Of a stretch of 64,000 bases of DNA, positions 39,101-47,831 are shown one piece after another (within the stretch, counting starts at the first letter, position 1; the number at the start of each line of letters is the position of its first letter). The notes beneath the pieces are model-generated. The model saw only the letters and a list, made by a program, of their open reading frames with translations, was not told the origin of the DNA and did no database searches. Source of the stretch: a virus. The translations under genes were made by a program, and so were the position numbers. The stretch is from positions 12,580 through 76,579 of IMG/VR virus record IMGVR_UViG_3300032223_000428, one strand, 5' to 3'.

Positions 39101-39212
39101 CATTAGTTGGGAGTTGTGTTTTATCGTGGGTATGTAAACCTACTATTCGAACCTGACAACGTCCAAGTTGTAATGGATCTGCTCTGTTTTCAACTACACC
39201 TGTGTATATCAT
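36177..39212 (-). CDS. gp5: Baseplate hub/spike gp5 with GH19-like and peptidase M15-like domains
   Basis: GVVENR.DP..LGR..VRI.GLH OB-fold; YYGRGFIQLTG; YPFNKV.ETESGH..EFDD.PG.ERI; C-terminal SGYR...SDH..G...DI...WIH. Confidence 0.9.
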   Translation of the reverse strand: MIYTGVVENRADPLQLGRCQVRIVGLHTHDKTQLPTNDLPWSMPVQPIGSAAMNGIGFTPLGPVEGTTVIVMFADEHNQQPIMLGTVGGIPQIPASIDDDDNAVEINSATKTKDIELRTIVGPVSGKQLTFIDKQTGKTNLTSNLKANMRVIGFGLKDGTFITSVDSPTQISISQEVNGYGENIITFKDAPSNLDAVNSSKASSTLTDSSGKPVTTSDGTPVQIGNSPVAQTSTNTSIPTTPPPKSSPNAGRSSDGIKALIAACDRVGLTTKEQKCALLGIAGGESTWIPQNESFSYSKPRIKQIFSFLTDAEAEQYSDASKKGITREQFFQVIYGPTKRGKGFLGNLTDEDGGKYYGRGFIQLTGRGNYKRYNDLANKMGLGIDILNNPDSLDNDLNTSALIAALYIKDRVPSGVKSTDHPGYFYAAKKAVGVNSPDIAARKLSYYEYFYGDAATGAVEKDAGSPPAQPPADGSSPTPGPSPDSIKRGSDNTGFRDPNNKYPLKDYINEPDTNRLARGIIDGTIVEKKDANIKIGVPKAYDEGSWDQPKTAFGAKYPFNKVFETESGHLQEFDDSPGHERIHTYHRAGTFYEIDANGTVVNYIVGDNFTLMERNGCIHVAGEYNLTVDGNANIFCRTDANIEVSQNANVRVGNNVSLGVANNVDFAIGGSFNIKAVGDFNLQAANINQLADTAMKLGSSGTIDINSSGVTNVNYSKGNFGVSATSPTAVKLTPPDAGSPLDPNIPYLIPPEREVEEKAAVETPEDYDTPEGRQNSNKQTQQGIPNAPAPSATEEAPAASGGTGATVPVDCKIIYATKNFTNDYTLSKNFTLGMCMDGGVNGKHKLVDQMLKDGPNTPERLYTVQEIVCNLAMSAQNILEPYLAALPGGIGGYNKQWKISSGYRLKGVVPTESPFSDHCKGHCFDIALLSPDRYQSTYDLVQKLERLITYDQIILEYRNPTSVWIHTGYKPNGNRKMAFTMVNDSTYKRDSKGIPSGFYLLTDIPPKNKPA

Positions 39213-40486
39213 TTCACTGCCTTATCTACGCTCATTAATAAACTATCTTTGATCAATTCCATATGACATTCATGCATTTCTCTATTGATGTCATGATTAA
39301 TCGCAGAAACAATATAATTACCAGAAAACATCTTATCAGTAATATCTGTATCTTCTTTTCTTATTGGTTCCATTTTATTTAATGTTACCTTAAATTTCTG
39401 ACCAACTGTATAATCAAATCTTCCAGGAACAGTTACTGTAATTTTATTTGTTTCTGCAGCTTTTAATAATGATAATCGTTTTTGTATATTTTTATAAGTA
39501 GTGGCGTCACCATATCCACTAAAATTGGCATTGTCTCTTGGTAAATTTATAATCAAAGAATTCGTTCTAAAAATAGAATTTGTTGTACCGATATTATATT
39601 TGTTTAAATGGGTTTGCTTATCAAAAACATCAAACATATTATAATTTTTGACATTATATGATTTTTTAGTTATATCATAAGAAATAACTTTAGAAGCAAA
39701 CAATCCGCTACGAATTCTATCGATATAATCAAAACCTGTAGGGATACTTAGATCTGATATTCTTTTATAATCTTCTTTAACATCTCTAATGTCTGCTCCC
39801 ATTGGAAGTTTATCACGTGTGTATCTATCATAAATTAGTTCTTGATATACAGCATTTCCATATAATGTTTCTAAACTAATAAAATAAAATCCTTCTCTAT
39901 TTTCAAAAAACAAATAACTCGGTGAATTATTTTTATTTTCTGCAAATGAAGATGCATAATTAATAGATTTAACTGGTGACCAAAAATTAGAAATAAATTT
40001 ACAGCTTCTTGCTGTTGGTTCGATAGTTAAAGTTTTTTCAGATTGAAGACCATCAACTTTATTAGTAACTAAGTCTTTAACAACATCTCCTACGTTACCT
40101 GTATAAACTTTACTAAGTTTTTTATTGAGATCTATAATCGCTTCAGATGAAATAAAATGTAACTGATAAACTACACTTCTATCACCAAGAAGTTCTCTAT
40201 CAGTTAATTTGTATATGTAAAATATACCTTTAATTGTTGCTTTATCAAAAGCTGGAGTACTAATTTCCATTTCTAGTTCTTCTTCACCAGAAAATGGTAA
40301 TACATTTATAAAATCTAATGATTCTTTTATAATAAGAGAGCCTGTCATAAAAGGATTGAATATATCCTCGAATATCTGTATCCTAATAACCTGCCCTGTG
40401 ATGTCTTGTGAATTACCACTTCTAGTGATAATTTTAACTTTATCGATTTTTACATCGCCAGCAAATCTAATAGCTTGTTCACTCAT
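39209..40486 (-). CDS. Baseplate hub protein (gp27-like)
   Basis: I.EDIF.PF.TG, YLFFEN..G..F.S, VPG....TVG, SG.Y.V.AI.H; between gp53 and gp5. Confidence 0.65.
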   Translation of the reverse strand: MSEQAIRFAGDVKIDKVKIITRSGNSQDITGQVIRIQIFEDIFNPFMTGSLIIKESLDFINVLPFSGEEELEMEISTPAFDKATIKGIFYIYKLTDRELLGDRSVVYQLHFISSEAIIDLNKKLSKVYTGNVGDVVKDLVTNKVDGLQSEKTLTIEPTARSCKFISNFWSPVKSINYASSFAENKNNSPSYLFFENREGFYFISLETLYGNAVYQELIYDRYTRDKLPMGADIRDVKEDYKRISDLSIPTGFDYIDRIRSGLFASKVISYDITKKSYNVKNYNMFDVFDKQTHLNKYNIGTTNSIFRTNSLIINLPRDNANFSGYGDATTYKNIQKRLSLLKAAETNKITVTVPGRFDYTVGQKFKVTLNKMEPIRKEDTDITDKMFSGNYIVSAINHDINREMHECHMELIKDSLLMSVDKAVK

Positions 40487-41250
40487 TACATTAAATCTTT
40501 ATAATTTTTTAATATAACATTAATAAGAGAAGGAGAGATTATTTTTATTCTTCGTTTTTGTTCATTTAGATCTTGTTCATATTGCATATTAGAAACTGAT
40601 GTTGCACCTGCTTGATCCGAACTAACTACAAATCCATTTGAATCAATATAATGGTGGTCATCATATTCATTACCAGAACCATATTTGTCAGTAACATATT
40701 GTTCTAATGCTACACTTGTCAAAGGAAAATCTGCTCTATAATCATAAATGTCATTGGCCAGCATAACTATCCAATGGTAAAGAGCATTTCCATAAATCTT
40801 TTCTGCAATTATTTCTGGAGTTTCTCCATCAACAATATCATATTGATCATAAACAGAAACATTGGCTAAAACGTCTCTACGAAAACGGATATTTTTAGTG
40901 ATATCTTTAAGAGCCATTAATTTATGATATTTTTTAGTAATACCATAAGGTGAAGAGATTTCAATAGTCGGTGTTGATGTATATCCAGTTCCAGGATTTA
41001 ATACAAGAATAGATGATACCTGACCACCAATAACAATAACTTTACCTGTGGCAGAAACACCCTGCGCTCCATTATCTGGTGCAGAAAATACACATGTGGC
41101 AGAAACATATCCAGAACCAACATTAGTTACAGTCACAGAATTAACTCCACCGCCAGCTATATCACAAACTGCAGTTGCCTGCACACCTGTTCCAGTTTTA
41201 GCTTCTATATCGAAGTCGTATAATATGTCATCGAAATTTTTAAAATACAT
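40486..41250 (-). CDS. gp53: Baseplate wedge subunit gp53
   Basis: MYF..F..I.YD, Y.I.DGETPE.IA...YG....HW..MLAN, KYG. Confidence 0.88.
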   Translation of the reverse strand: MYFKNFDDILYDFDIEAKTGTGVQATAVCDIAGGGVNSVTVTNVGSGYVSATCVFSAPDNGAQGVSATGKVIVIGGQVSSILVLNPGTGYTSTPTIEISSPYGITKKYHKLMALKDITKNIRFRRDVLANVSVYDQYDIVDGETPEIIAEKIYGNALYHWIVMLANDIYDYRADFPLTSVALEQYVTDKYGSGNEYDDHHYIDSNGFVVSSDQAGATSVSNMQYEQDLNEQKRRIKIISPSLINVILKNYKDLM

Positions 41251-42392
41251 TATAGACCATCCTTAATTTTATCTTTGGTCAATAGAGCCAATTCACGGAA
41301 TGCTAATGTAATGTTTATATGAGTTGGCATGCCGTTATCAAAAGTAGTGAACTGACCATTTGGAGTATAATCTACATTCATGTTAGTCAACACACAAGAA
41401 GTATGACGATGTAAATTTAAGTTTTCTGATCCATCTTGATAGTAAAAAATATCAAATTCAGAAGGATACAAATATACAAAGTTATTATCATCCTTAAACT
41501 CTGGGTGCATATGATATTTAAATTCTTTGATAATGTTTAAAACATTCTGTGCTTCATCTCCATTTTTAGGGAAGAATGAATAATCGAAAGAGAATGTTCT
41601 AAAATCGACACCCTTAAAAACTTGTTCTTTCTTTGGGTTGGCTGCTAGACCAAGTAGTTGAGAGTTTGCTCCAGCATTTGGTCCTTTTGAAAGAGCCAAA
41701 TTTGTTATAACTGCTTGAGCAACTCCAGTAACATCACTATCTTTGCTACTAGAAGATAATGCTTTAAGTATTTCTTCTCCACCTTTAGCAAACATCATTA
41801 ATCCAGAAGTATCTTCTTCTGAGTATTGAACTCCATAACTAATGTTTAATTTGTGTGGGATATGCAGAGCAATAGCAGTTTTTAATCTTCTTTGAGAACG
41901 TAAAACCTCTGGAGACATTGTTGCAGCGATACCAACACCAACTGTTGCAACTGTACCGACAGCTGCACCTTTAACTGCGCCAGTAGTACCACCTGCTATA
42001 CCGCCAGCAATCGCACCACCAACCACGTTTGCTGAAGCATTCGCACCAACCAATCCTGCTTTGCTACTAATCATTTGACGATTATCTCCAACATCTCTAG
42101 CTGGAAAGTCATCTACTGTCTGTACAGCCTTATCCTGAAATAATTTAGAATCAGAAGCGACATTAATATAGAACAATACATAGTTGCCACCATATCTTAG
42201 ATCTGTTGTTAAATCAGAAGGATATTGGTGATTGTAAATGTCGTATTTTGTATCTTCAAAAGATGACGCAGACCCTCTTTTGTTATAAAGATTTGTGCTA
42301 GAATTTGGAGCCGTAGGTGATGGTGGGGCTGCTTGCGTTGCTGGATCGTATTCTCCGATCGCATTGCCCAGTTCGTCGTATTGGATGGCCAT
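41250..42392 (-). CDS. gp48: Baseplate tail tube cap gp48
   Basis: NP..EQ.FKGVDFR.F.F...F.PKN..E, YPSEF.I, CVLTN..V.YTPNG. Confidence 0.88.
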   Translation of the reverse strand: MAIQYDELGNAIGEYDPATQAAPPSPTAPNSSTNLYNKRGSASSFEDTKYDIYNHQYPSDLTTDLRYGGNYVLFYINVASDSKLFQDKAVQTVDDFPARDVGDNRQMISSKAGLVGANASANVVGGAIAGGIAGGTTGAVKGAAVGTVATVGVGIAATMSPEVLRSQRRLKTAIALHIPHKLNISYGVQYSEEDTSGLMMFAKGGEEILKALSSSSKDSDVTGVAQAVITNLALSKGPNAGANSQLLGLAANPKKEQVFKGVDFRTFSFDYSFFPKNGDEAQNVLNIIKEFKYHMHPEFKDDNNFVYLYPSEFDIFYYQDGSENLNLHRHTSCVLTNMNVDYTPNGQFTTFDNGMPTHINITLAFRELALLTKDKIKDGL

Positions 42393-42403
42393 ATATATTT
42401 TCT

Positions 42404-42426
42404 CTAAATAAGTGAGGGTTATTTAT
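42404..42426. promoter_or_regulatory. Overlapping opposed late promoters (CTAAATA + at 42404, ATAAATA - at 42420)
   Basis: Both in the short gp48/gp4 divergent intergenic gap. Confidence 0.6.
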
Positions 42427-42441
42427 CCTTATTACTTATTT

Positions 42442-42867
42442 ATGTTCCATAAAAGATTGTTCAAACCTATATTTCCAGAAAAGTATGCTGGGGATCCGAC
42501 TAATATCATAATGAGATCTAGTTGGGAGACCAAGTTCGCCAATTGGTGTGACAAAAATCCCAGTATTATTAGATGGAGTTCAGAAGAGACAGTTATACCA
42601 TATCGCTGTCCAACGGATAATCACATTCATCGTTATTTCGTTGATTTTAAAATAACAACATCTAATAACAAAACATATTTGATAGAAGTTAAACCAGAAA
42701 AGCAGACAAAACCACCTGAATATCCTGGAAAACAAACTAAAAGATATATTATAGAATCGTTAACCTATATGAAAAATCAGGCGAAATGGATAGCTGCACG
42801 AGAATATGCAAAAGATCGTGGGTGGGAATTTAAGATACTAACTGAGTATGAACTTGGGTTGAAGTAA
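42442..42867 (+). CDS. gp4: Head completion protein gp4 (TnsA-like nuclease fold)
   Basis: KY.GDPTNI..RSSWE.KF..WCD.NP....WSSEE, HRYFVDF, IEVKP; likely ATG at 42442. Confidence 0.92.
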   Translation: MFHKRLFKPIFPEKYAGDPTNIIMRSSWETKFANWCDKNPSIIRWSSEETVIPYRCPTDNHIHRYFVDFKITTSNNKTYLIEVKPEKQTKPPEYPGKQTKRYIIESLTYMKNQAKWIAAREYAKDRGWEFKILTEYELGLK

Positions 42868-42880
42868 CCTAAATAACATT

Positions 42881-43480
42881 ATGCCCAAAAAACCGATACA
42901 AGACGTCTTCGAAAAGAACCAATATGATTTAGCGACAGCTGTCAAAAAATCATCAAGTTGGTTTAATAAACAGGTTAGTTCTCTAGCCCAGCAGAACATC
43001 ACCCCAAATAAAATACTCGGTGGAAATGTATCGCAAAATACAACTAATATAATGCCTGGAAATCTATACATGTATATGTATGATCCAAAAACAAAAGAAG
43101 ATTTACCATACTATGATAGATTCCCCTTAGTCTTTCCATTTAGGAAAACTGCTGATGGATTCTATGGTTTGAATATGCATTATCTACCATATGATCTTAG
43201 AATTTATCTTCTTGATGCGCTTTTAATCTATAAATCCAATTCTAGAATGGATGATACTACAAGACTGAAATACTCTTGGGCTTTAATTGATGGAGTTTCT
43301 AAATTTAAAGCAGCTAGACCATGTGTGAAACAATATCTAATGGATCATGTTAGAAGTCCATTTAGAAAGGTAAGTTCCAACGATTGGGCGACAGCTATGT
43401 TATTACCAGTAGAAAGATTCGTTGGTGCAACTAAACAACAAGTCTGGAAAGAGTCCAGAAAAATAATTAGAAAAGCATAA
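42881..43480 (+). CDS. gp2: DNA end protector protein gp2
   Basis: G..Y...YDPK.K..LPYYDRFPL, GLN.HYLP, K.YL..HV.S, W..A..LP. Confidence 0.92.
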   Translation: MPKKPIQDVFEKNQYDLATAVKKSSSWFNKQVSSLAQQNITPNKILGGNVSQNTTNIMPGNLYMYMYDPKTKEDLPYYDRFPLVFPFRKTADGFYGLNMHYLPYDLRIYLLDALLIYKSNSRMDDTTRLKYSWALIDGVSKFKAARPCVKQYLMDHVRSPFRKVSSNDWATAMLLPVERFVGATKQQVWKESRKIIRKA

Positions 43481-44202
43481 TGGCAACAATAGACAAATTT
43501 ATCAGCGTAGTAAAGGGAGATGGTCTGGCCAGAACAAACAGATTCGTTGTTATGTTCACTCCAACATTTGTACCATTGGGTGGTGGCGATTGGCCATTAG
43601 AAAATATTTTAATGTTTTGCGATCAGGTACAAATTCCTGGAACAAACTTTAATACTACAGCGAATAGAGTATTTGGTGAAAGTAGAGAAACACCATACGA
43701 AAGATTATATGAACCAATTTCTATGTCTTTTTATGTAGACAGAGGTATGTTCGTTAAGGAATTATTTGATACTTGGATGGAAGCTATTCAAGATCCTGAA
43801 ACACGTTTATTTAATTTCTATGATAATTATACAGTTGATATTTCGATATACGTTGAAGATACACTAAACAAAAAAAGATATTTCGTAGGATTAAAAGAAG
43901 CATATCCAAAAAGTATTGATCCAATACAATTAGATACAAGTTCAAAAGATATTATGAAAATGAATGTTCATTTCGCATACAAATATTATGTAACTCAGGC
44001 GGTAGAAGGAGACTTTCATTTACAACAGTCAGAAATAGATCAGGCTATGAAAAATAGGTATAGTCCAGATTTTACTACAAATCCTGCTCCAGTTAGCCAA
44101 ACTCCACAAAATACATTCATGAGAAAACTACAAAACTTTGCGATTGGAGCCATTGGTTCTAAACTGGTAACAAAATTACCTAGTTTATTAAAAAGAAGAT
44201 AA
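43480..44202 (+). CDS. Tail tube initiator (gp54/gp19-like)
   Basis: GLAR.NRF, C....PG, F..W...I, L..AYP..I....L, V.F.Y. Confidence 0.75.
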   Translation: MATIDKFISVVKGDGLARTNRFVVMFTPTFVPLGGGDWPLENILMFCDQVQIPGTNFNTTANRVFGESRETPYERLYEPISMSFYVDRGMFVKELFDTWMEAIQDPETRLFNFYDNYTVDISIYVEDTLNKKRYFVGLKEAYPKSIDPIQLDTSSKDIMKMNVHFAYKYYVTQAVEGDFHLQQSEIDQAMKNRYSPDFTTNPAPVSQTPQNTFMRKLQNFAIGAIGSKLVTKLPSLLKRR

Positions 44203-44212
44203 GGAACTAAAC

Positions 44213-44686
44213 ATGACACAAGAAGTTAAAAAAGACGAAGATTGGATGCAAAAGAAGTGGCGTCCAGCAATGGGTTGGATGTACATGATTGTATGTATGT
44301 GTGACATGGTTGTATTTCCAGTATGCTGGAGTATTTTACAAGCATTAACTCATACACAAATCACTCAATGGAACCCATTAACACTTCAAGGTGCTGGTCT
44401 ATTTCATTTAGCAATGGGCGCAGTATTAGGTATCGCAGCATTCGGTCGCACACAAGAAAAAATTGCAGGGAGCGCAACAAATGCCACGCCAACTACTACC
44501 ACACCAACAACGCCATCCTTCCCAGTTGGCATGTCAACAACATCTAGCTTACCTGCGACAAACACAAGTTCATTCGGATCACAACCCTTGGCTAGTCCAA
44601 GTAGCTTTGGAAGCGCATCTTCAACAGGTTTTGGCTCTGGGCTATCCCCAGATGATCCTCCAACAAGAAACACGAGAAACGATTAA
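44213..44686 (+). CDS. Putative holin (GTA 3TM holin-like)
   Basis: WRPAMGWMY, W.PLTL.G.GLFH.AMGAVLG..A.GRT.EK; hydrophobic helices, low-complexity tail. Confidence 0.65.
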   Translation: MTQEVKKDEDWMQKKWRPAMGWMYMIVCMCDMVVFPVCWSILQALTHTQITQWNPLTLQGAGLFHLAMGAVLGIAAFGRTQEKIAGSATNATPTTTTPTTPSFPVGMSTTSSLPATNTSSFGSQPLASPSSFGSASSTGFGSGLSPDDPPTRNTRND

Positions 44687-44688
44687 TA

Positions 44689-45099
44689 ATGAAAATAGAT
44701 GATTCTTTATCAGAAGTCTTTGACATCCCAACGATGCCAAAGAATGAATTGGTTATATCAAATACTGAAGAAGTTAAACCCAATGAGAGGATTGAATCTG
44801 ACTATGACACAGCCAGAGAAAATCTACGTGAACTTTTAATAACTGGACAGAATGCATTAATGCATTCTTTGGAAGTTGCTAAACAATCTGAACACCCACG
44901 TGCTTTTGAAGTAGTGGGTAATTTAATAAAACAACTTGCTGATGTTAACCAACAACTTATGGATCTACATCAGCAAAAACAGAAGTTAGATGCTCCCGTG
45001 AAAGGTGAAGCGAAAAAAGTGACGAATAATGCTATCTTTGTGGGTAGCACAACTGAGTTGAATAAGTTTATTAAAAATAGTATGTCTAAAGGAGAATAA
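44689..45099 (+). CDS. gp16: Terminase small subunit gp16
   Basis: DY...R.NL, A..SEHPRA.EV...LIK, TNNAIFVGST.EL. Confidence 0.88.
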   Translation: MKIDDSLSEVFDIPTMPKNELVISNTEEVKPNERIESDYDTARENLRELLITGQNALMHSLEVAKQSEHPRAFEVVGNLIKQLADVNQQLMDLHQQKQKLDAPVKGEAKKVTNNAIFVGSTTELNKFIKNSMSKGE

Positions 45100-45100
45100 T

Positions 45101-45823
45101 ATGACATTGCCAGTAATGAGTACACCAACATATAGTTTGGTAATACCTTCCACTAAAGAATCTGTTAAGTACAGACCATTTTTAGTTAAAGAAGAAAAGG
45201 CATTATTGATAGCACAACAAAGTGAAGATGCTGTCGTTATGGTTGATACGTTAAAGAGTGTAATTAAATCATGTGTTTTAAGTAAGATAGATCCAAACTC
45301 TCTGTCTACATTCGATTTAGAATACTTGTTCACACAAATTAGAGCTAAATCTGTGGGAGAAATTATTGAGTTATTGTTTCCATGCGATAATGATCATGGT
45401 GAACAGAACGATAAAGCAAAGGTAAAAATTTCTATCGATCTTACTAAAATTGAAGTTGATTTCCCAGAAGGGCATCAAAGTAAAATTGAGTTGTTTGGTA
45501 ATGTTGGTGTTATGATGAAATACCCAACTATTGAGATTATGACTAAGTTAGAAAAGACTGACCATGATGATTTAGATAATATTTTTGATATTGTTGCTAG
45601 TTGCATTGATTACATTTACGAAGATGATGTTATTCATTATGCCAAAGAACAAAAGAAACAAGATCTACTAGAATTTTTATATAACTTAAACTCTGAACAA
45701 TTCGTTAAAGTACAAAATTTCTTTGCTACATTGCCTAGAATTAAAAAAGAAGTTGAATATGACTGCCCAATTTGCAATTTGCACCATAAGAAAACTTTGG
45801 AGGGAATGCAAAGTTTTTTTTAA
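45101..45823 (+). CDS. gp26: Baseplate hub assembly chaperone gp26
   Basis: LP....P.Y.L..PS.....KYRPFLVKEEK.LL, FD.EY.F..IRAKSVGE, ends LEGMQSFF. Confidence 0.9.
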   Translation: MTLPVMSTPTYSLVIPSTKESVKYRPFLVKEEKALLIAQQSEDAVVMVDTLKSVIKSCVLSKIDPNSLSTFDLEYLFTQIRAKSVGEIIELLFPCDNDHGEQNDKAKVKISIDLTKIEVDFPEGHQSKIELFGNVGVMMKYPTIEIMTKLEKTDHDDLDNIFDIVASCIDYIYEDDVIHYAKEQKKQDLLEFLYNLNSEQFVKVQNFFATLPRIKKEVEYDCPICNLHHKKTLEGMQSFF

Positions 45824-45861
45824 TAAATCTCTGCCATGAAAGTTTGGTAAATTACTATAAA

Positions 45862-46005
45862 ATGAATTTCGCTTTGATTCAATACCACAAATACTCTTTG
45901 GCAGAGATTGAAAATATGATACCCTTTGAAAGAGAAATTTATGTACACATGTTAATTAACTATCTTGAAGAAGAAAAACAAAGACTAGATTCACAAAAGA
46001 GATAA
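45862..46005 (+). CDS. gp51: Baseplate hub assembly catalyst gp51 (frame open from 45820; missing from ORF track)
   Basis: (LINLCHESLVNYYK)MNFALIQYHKYSLAEIENMIPFEREIYVHMLINYLEEEKQR. Confidence 0.85.
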   Translation: MNFALIQYHKYSLAEIENMIPFEREIYVHMLINYLEEEKQRLDSQKR

Positions 46006-46007
46006 AA

Positions 46008-47786
46008 ATGCCAAAAAGAAAAAGTAAACCACAACAACCTGCTGGAATCCAATCAATTCAGCAAACCATTACCCAATCAGTAGTTGCATGGGATGATGTC
46101 GCTTTTTCTAAATTACTCGAAACTCAAAAAGCAGCTCTTGGTGAACTTACCGCAGTTAAAACATTACTTGAACTTTCCAAAGAAGTTAAAAAAGCAGAAA
46201 CCCCTGTAGCAGAAGCACCCACTAATACTAGAAATATTTCTCCAGAGATATTAGCACTTAGAGCATTAAAAGAAAAACAAGCTAAACAAATAACACCAAC
46301 TGCTGCAGCTGCTGCACCTGATCTTGATAGAATCCAAGAAAAGATGTTTGAAATTGCTAAAGAACATTTAAAAGTTAGCAGAAAAACACTAAAAACTCAA
46401 GAAGACTTTCAAAAAGAGTGGGATGTTGAAGCAAAGAATATTGCTGAGATGGCAAAGGGTATGAAAGTATTTAAATCTTTCGGTGAAAAAGCAGCTGATA
46501 AAAAAGCAGCATTATCTGAGAAATATGGAATTGCAAATGGTGGTTTAAAGAAAACTGTACTTGGTGCAATGAATGTTGGTGGAATCTTTAATAAAACATT
46601 AGCAAGAGATGAGTTCGTTAAGAAACAACAAGCACTTGGTAGCAAAGCATCTGTTAAAGAATTGAAATCAGATTTTGAAGGTGCTCAAACAGCAACAAAA
46701 GCAATTCAAAAGAACGAAAAGAAAATCCAAGATCTAAAAGATTTAACTGGTGCGGACGAAGATGAATTAAAAGTTCATCATTCTCATCTATTCGAAGAAC
46801 GCCAGACACAAACAGAACAATTGAGTAAGTACGATCGTGGTGCTAGATTATTCAGTCCAGATAAAAAGAATGCAAAACTGGCTGGATTAATACCAACTGC
46901 TGGTGCTCCTGTTATGGGCAAAACACCTACATCTGCAGCAGCGGACGTTGGTAAAACTGCTGAATCTGAAGAAGAAAATGGAAGAGTGCAAAAAGAGCAA
47001 GAAGAAACACTCAAGAAAATTGAAAAAAATACTGAGGGGTTGGGACTTATAAGTGCCAAGAAAGAAGAAAAGAAACCAGAGCCTGTTAAAGAAGAAGGTG
47101 GTATACTTAATACCATTATGAGTTTCTTGGGTGCAGGTTTGATAGCATCATTTAAAGCGATGTTTAATCCAAAAAATATTTTGAAATTCTTAGGTAAAGC
47201 ATTCGCCATTGGTGCAATTATTGGTGCATTATGGGAAGGTATTAGTGATGGTTTCGATGAGTTTATGAAGACAGGAGATATCGGTAAAGCACTTATTGCT
47301 GGTCTTGCTGGTATTATAGACTTCTTAACATTCGGTCTATTCGATAAAGAAAAGATTAAAGCAGTTATCGGAGATATGGCTGCATGGACTAATGAACATA
47401 TCGTTAAACCAGTGACAGAATTTTTCACATCAATGAAAGATGCTTTTATGGGTATGCTATCTAAGATAGGCATCCCAGAAATAACATTATTAGATAATAA
47501 ATTAACTGGTAAAGTTACTGTTGGTCCATTCTATCCATTTAAAGATACTGCACCAACACCAGCAGGAAAAACACCAGAAGCACCAACACCAACTTCTGCA
47601 AATACAGTTGAACAAAAATCTAGTGACAACAAAGCAGCAGAAATACAGGCTGGTGGTGCCACTACTAATACAACAGTCGTTAACGCTCCAGTTAATAATA
47701 ATTCTACAACAAATAGAATGTCACAACCTGCTATTCGAAATCAAGAATCTAGTGTTTCTAGGTATATCGGTTCAAGATACGCATAA
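46008..47786 (+). CDS. Tape measure-like protein (gp29-like)
   Basis: 592 aa (T4 gp29 is ~590 aa), helical K/E/A-rich with Gly-rich amphipathic stretch, follows gp26/gp51. Confidence 0.65.
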   Translation: MPKRKSKPQQPAGIQSIQQTITQSVVAWDDVAFSKLLETQKAALGELTAVKTLLELSKEVKKAETPVAEAPTNTRNISPEILALRALKEKQAKQITPTAAAAAPDLDRIQEKMFEIAKEHLKVSRKTLKTQEDFQKEWDVEAKNIAEMAKGMKVFKSFGEKAADKKAALSEKYGIANGGLKKTVLGAMNVGGIFNKTLARDEFVKKQQALGSKASVKELKSDFEGAQTATKAIQKNEKKIQDLKDLTGADEDELKVHHSHLFEERQTQTEQLSKYDRGARLFSPDKKNAKLAGLIPTAGAPVMGKTPTSAAADVGKTAESEEENGRVQKEQEETLKKIEKNTEGLGLISAKKEEKKPEPVKEEGGILNTIMSFLGAGLIASFKAMFNPKNILKFLGKAFAIGAIIGALWEGISDGFDEFMKTGDIGKALIAGLAGIIDFLTFGLFDKEKIKAVIGDMAAWTNEHIVKPVTEFFTSMKDAFMGMLSKIGIPEITLLDNKLTGKVTVGPFYPFKDTAPTPAGKTPEAPTPTSANTVEQKSSDNKAAEIQAGGATTNTTVVNAPVNNNSTTNRMSQPAIRNQESSVSRYIGSRYA

Positions 47787-47811
47787 AAAAAGGGATCCAA
47801 AGATCCCTTTT
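47785..47811. terminator. Bidirectional intrinsic terminator
   Basis: AAAAGGGATC-CAAA-GATCCCTTTT between convergent genes. Confidence 0.85.
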
Positions 47812-47831
47812 AATTTATAGACAGTTAGATT

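Noticed and set aside
46784-47473. 229-aa antisense ORF and many other shadow ORFs opposite structural genes
   Set aside because: Explained by codon bias of the sense genes; no RBS or recognisable motifs
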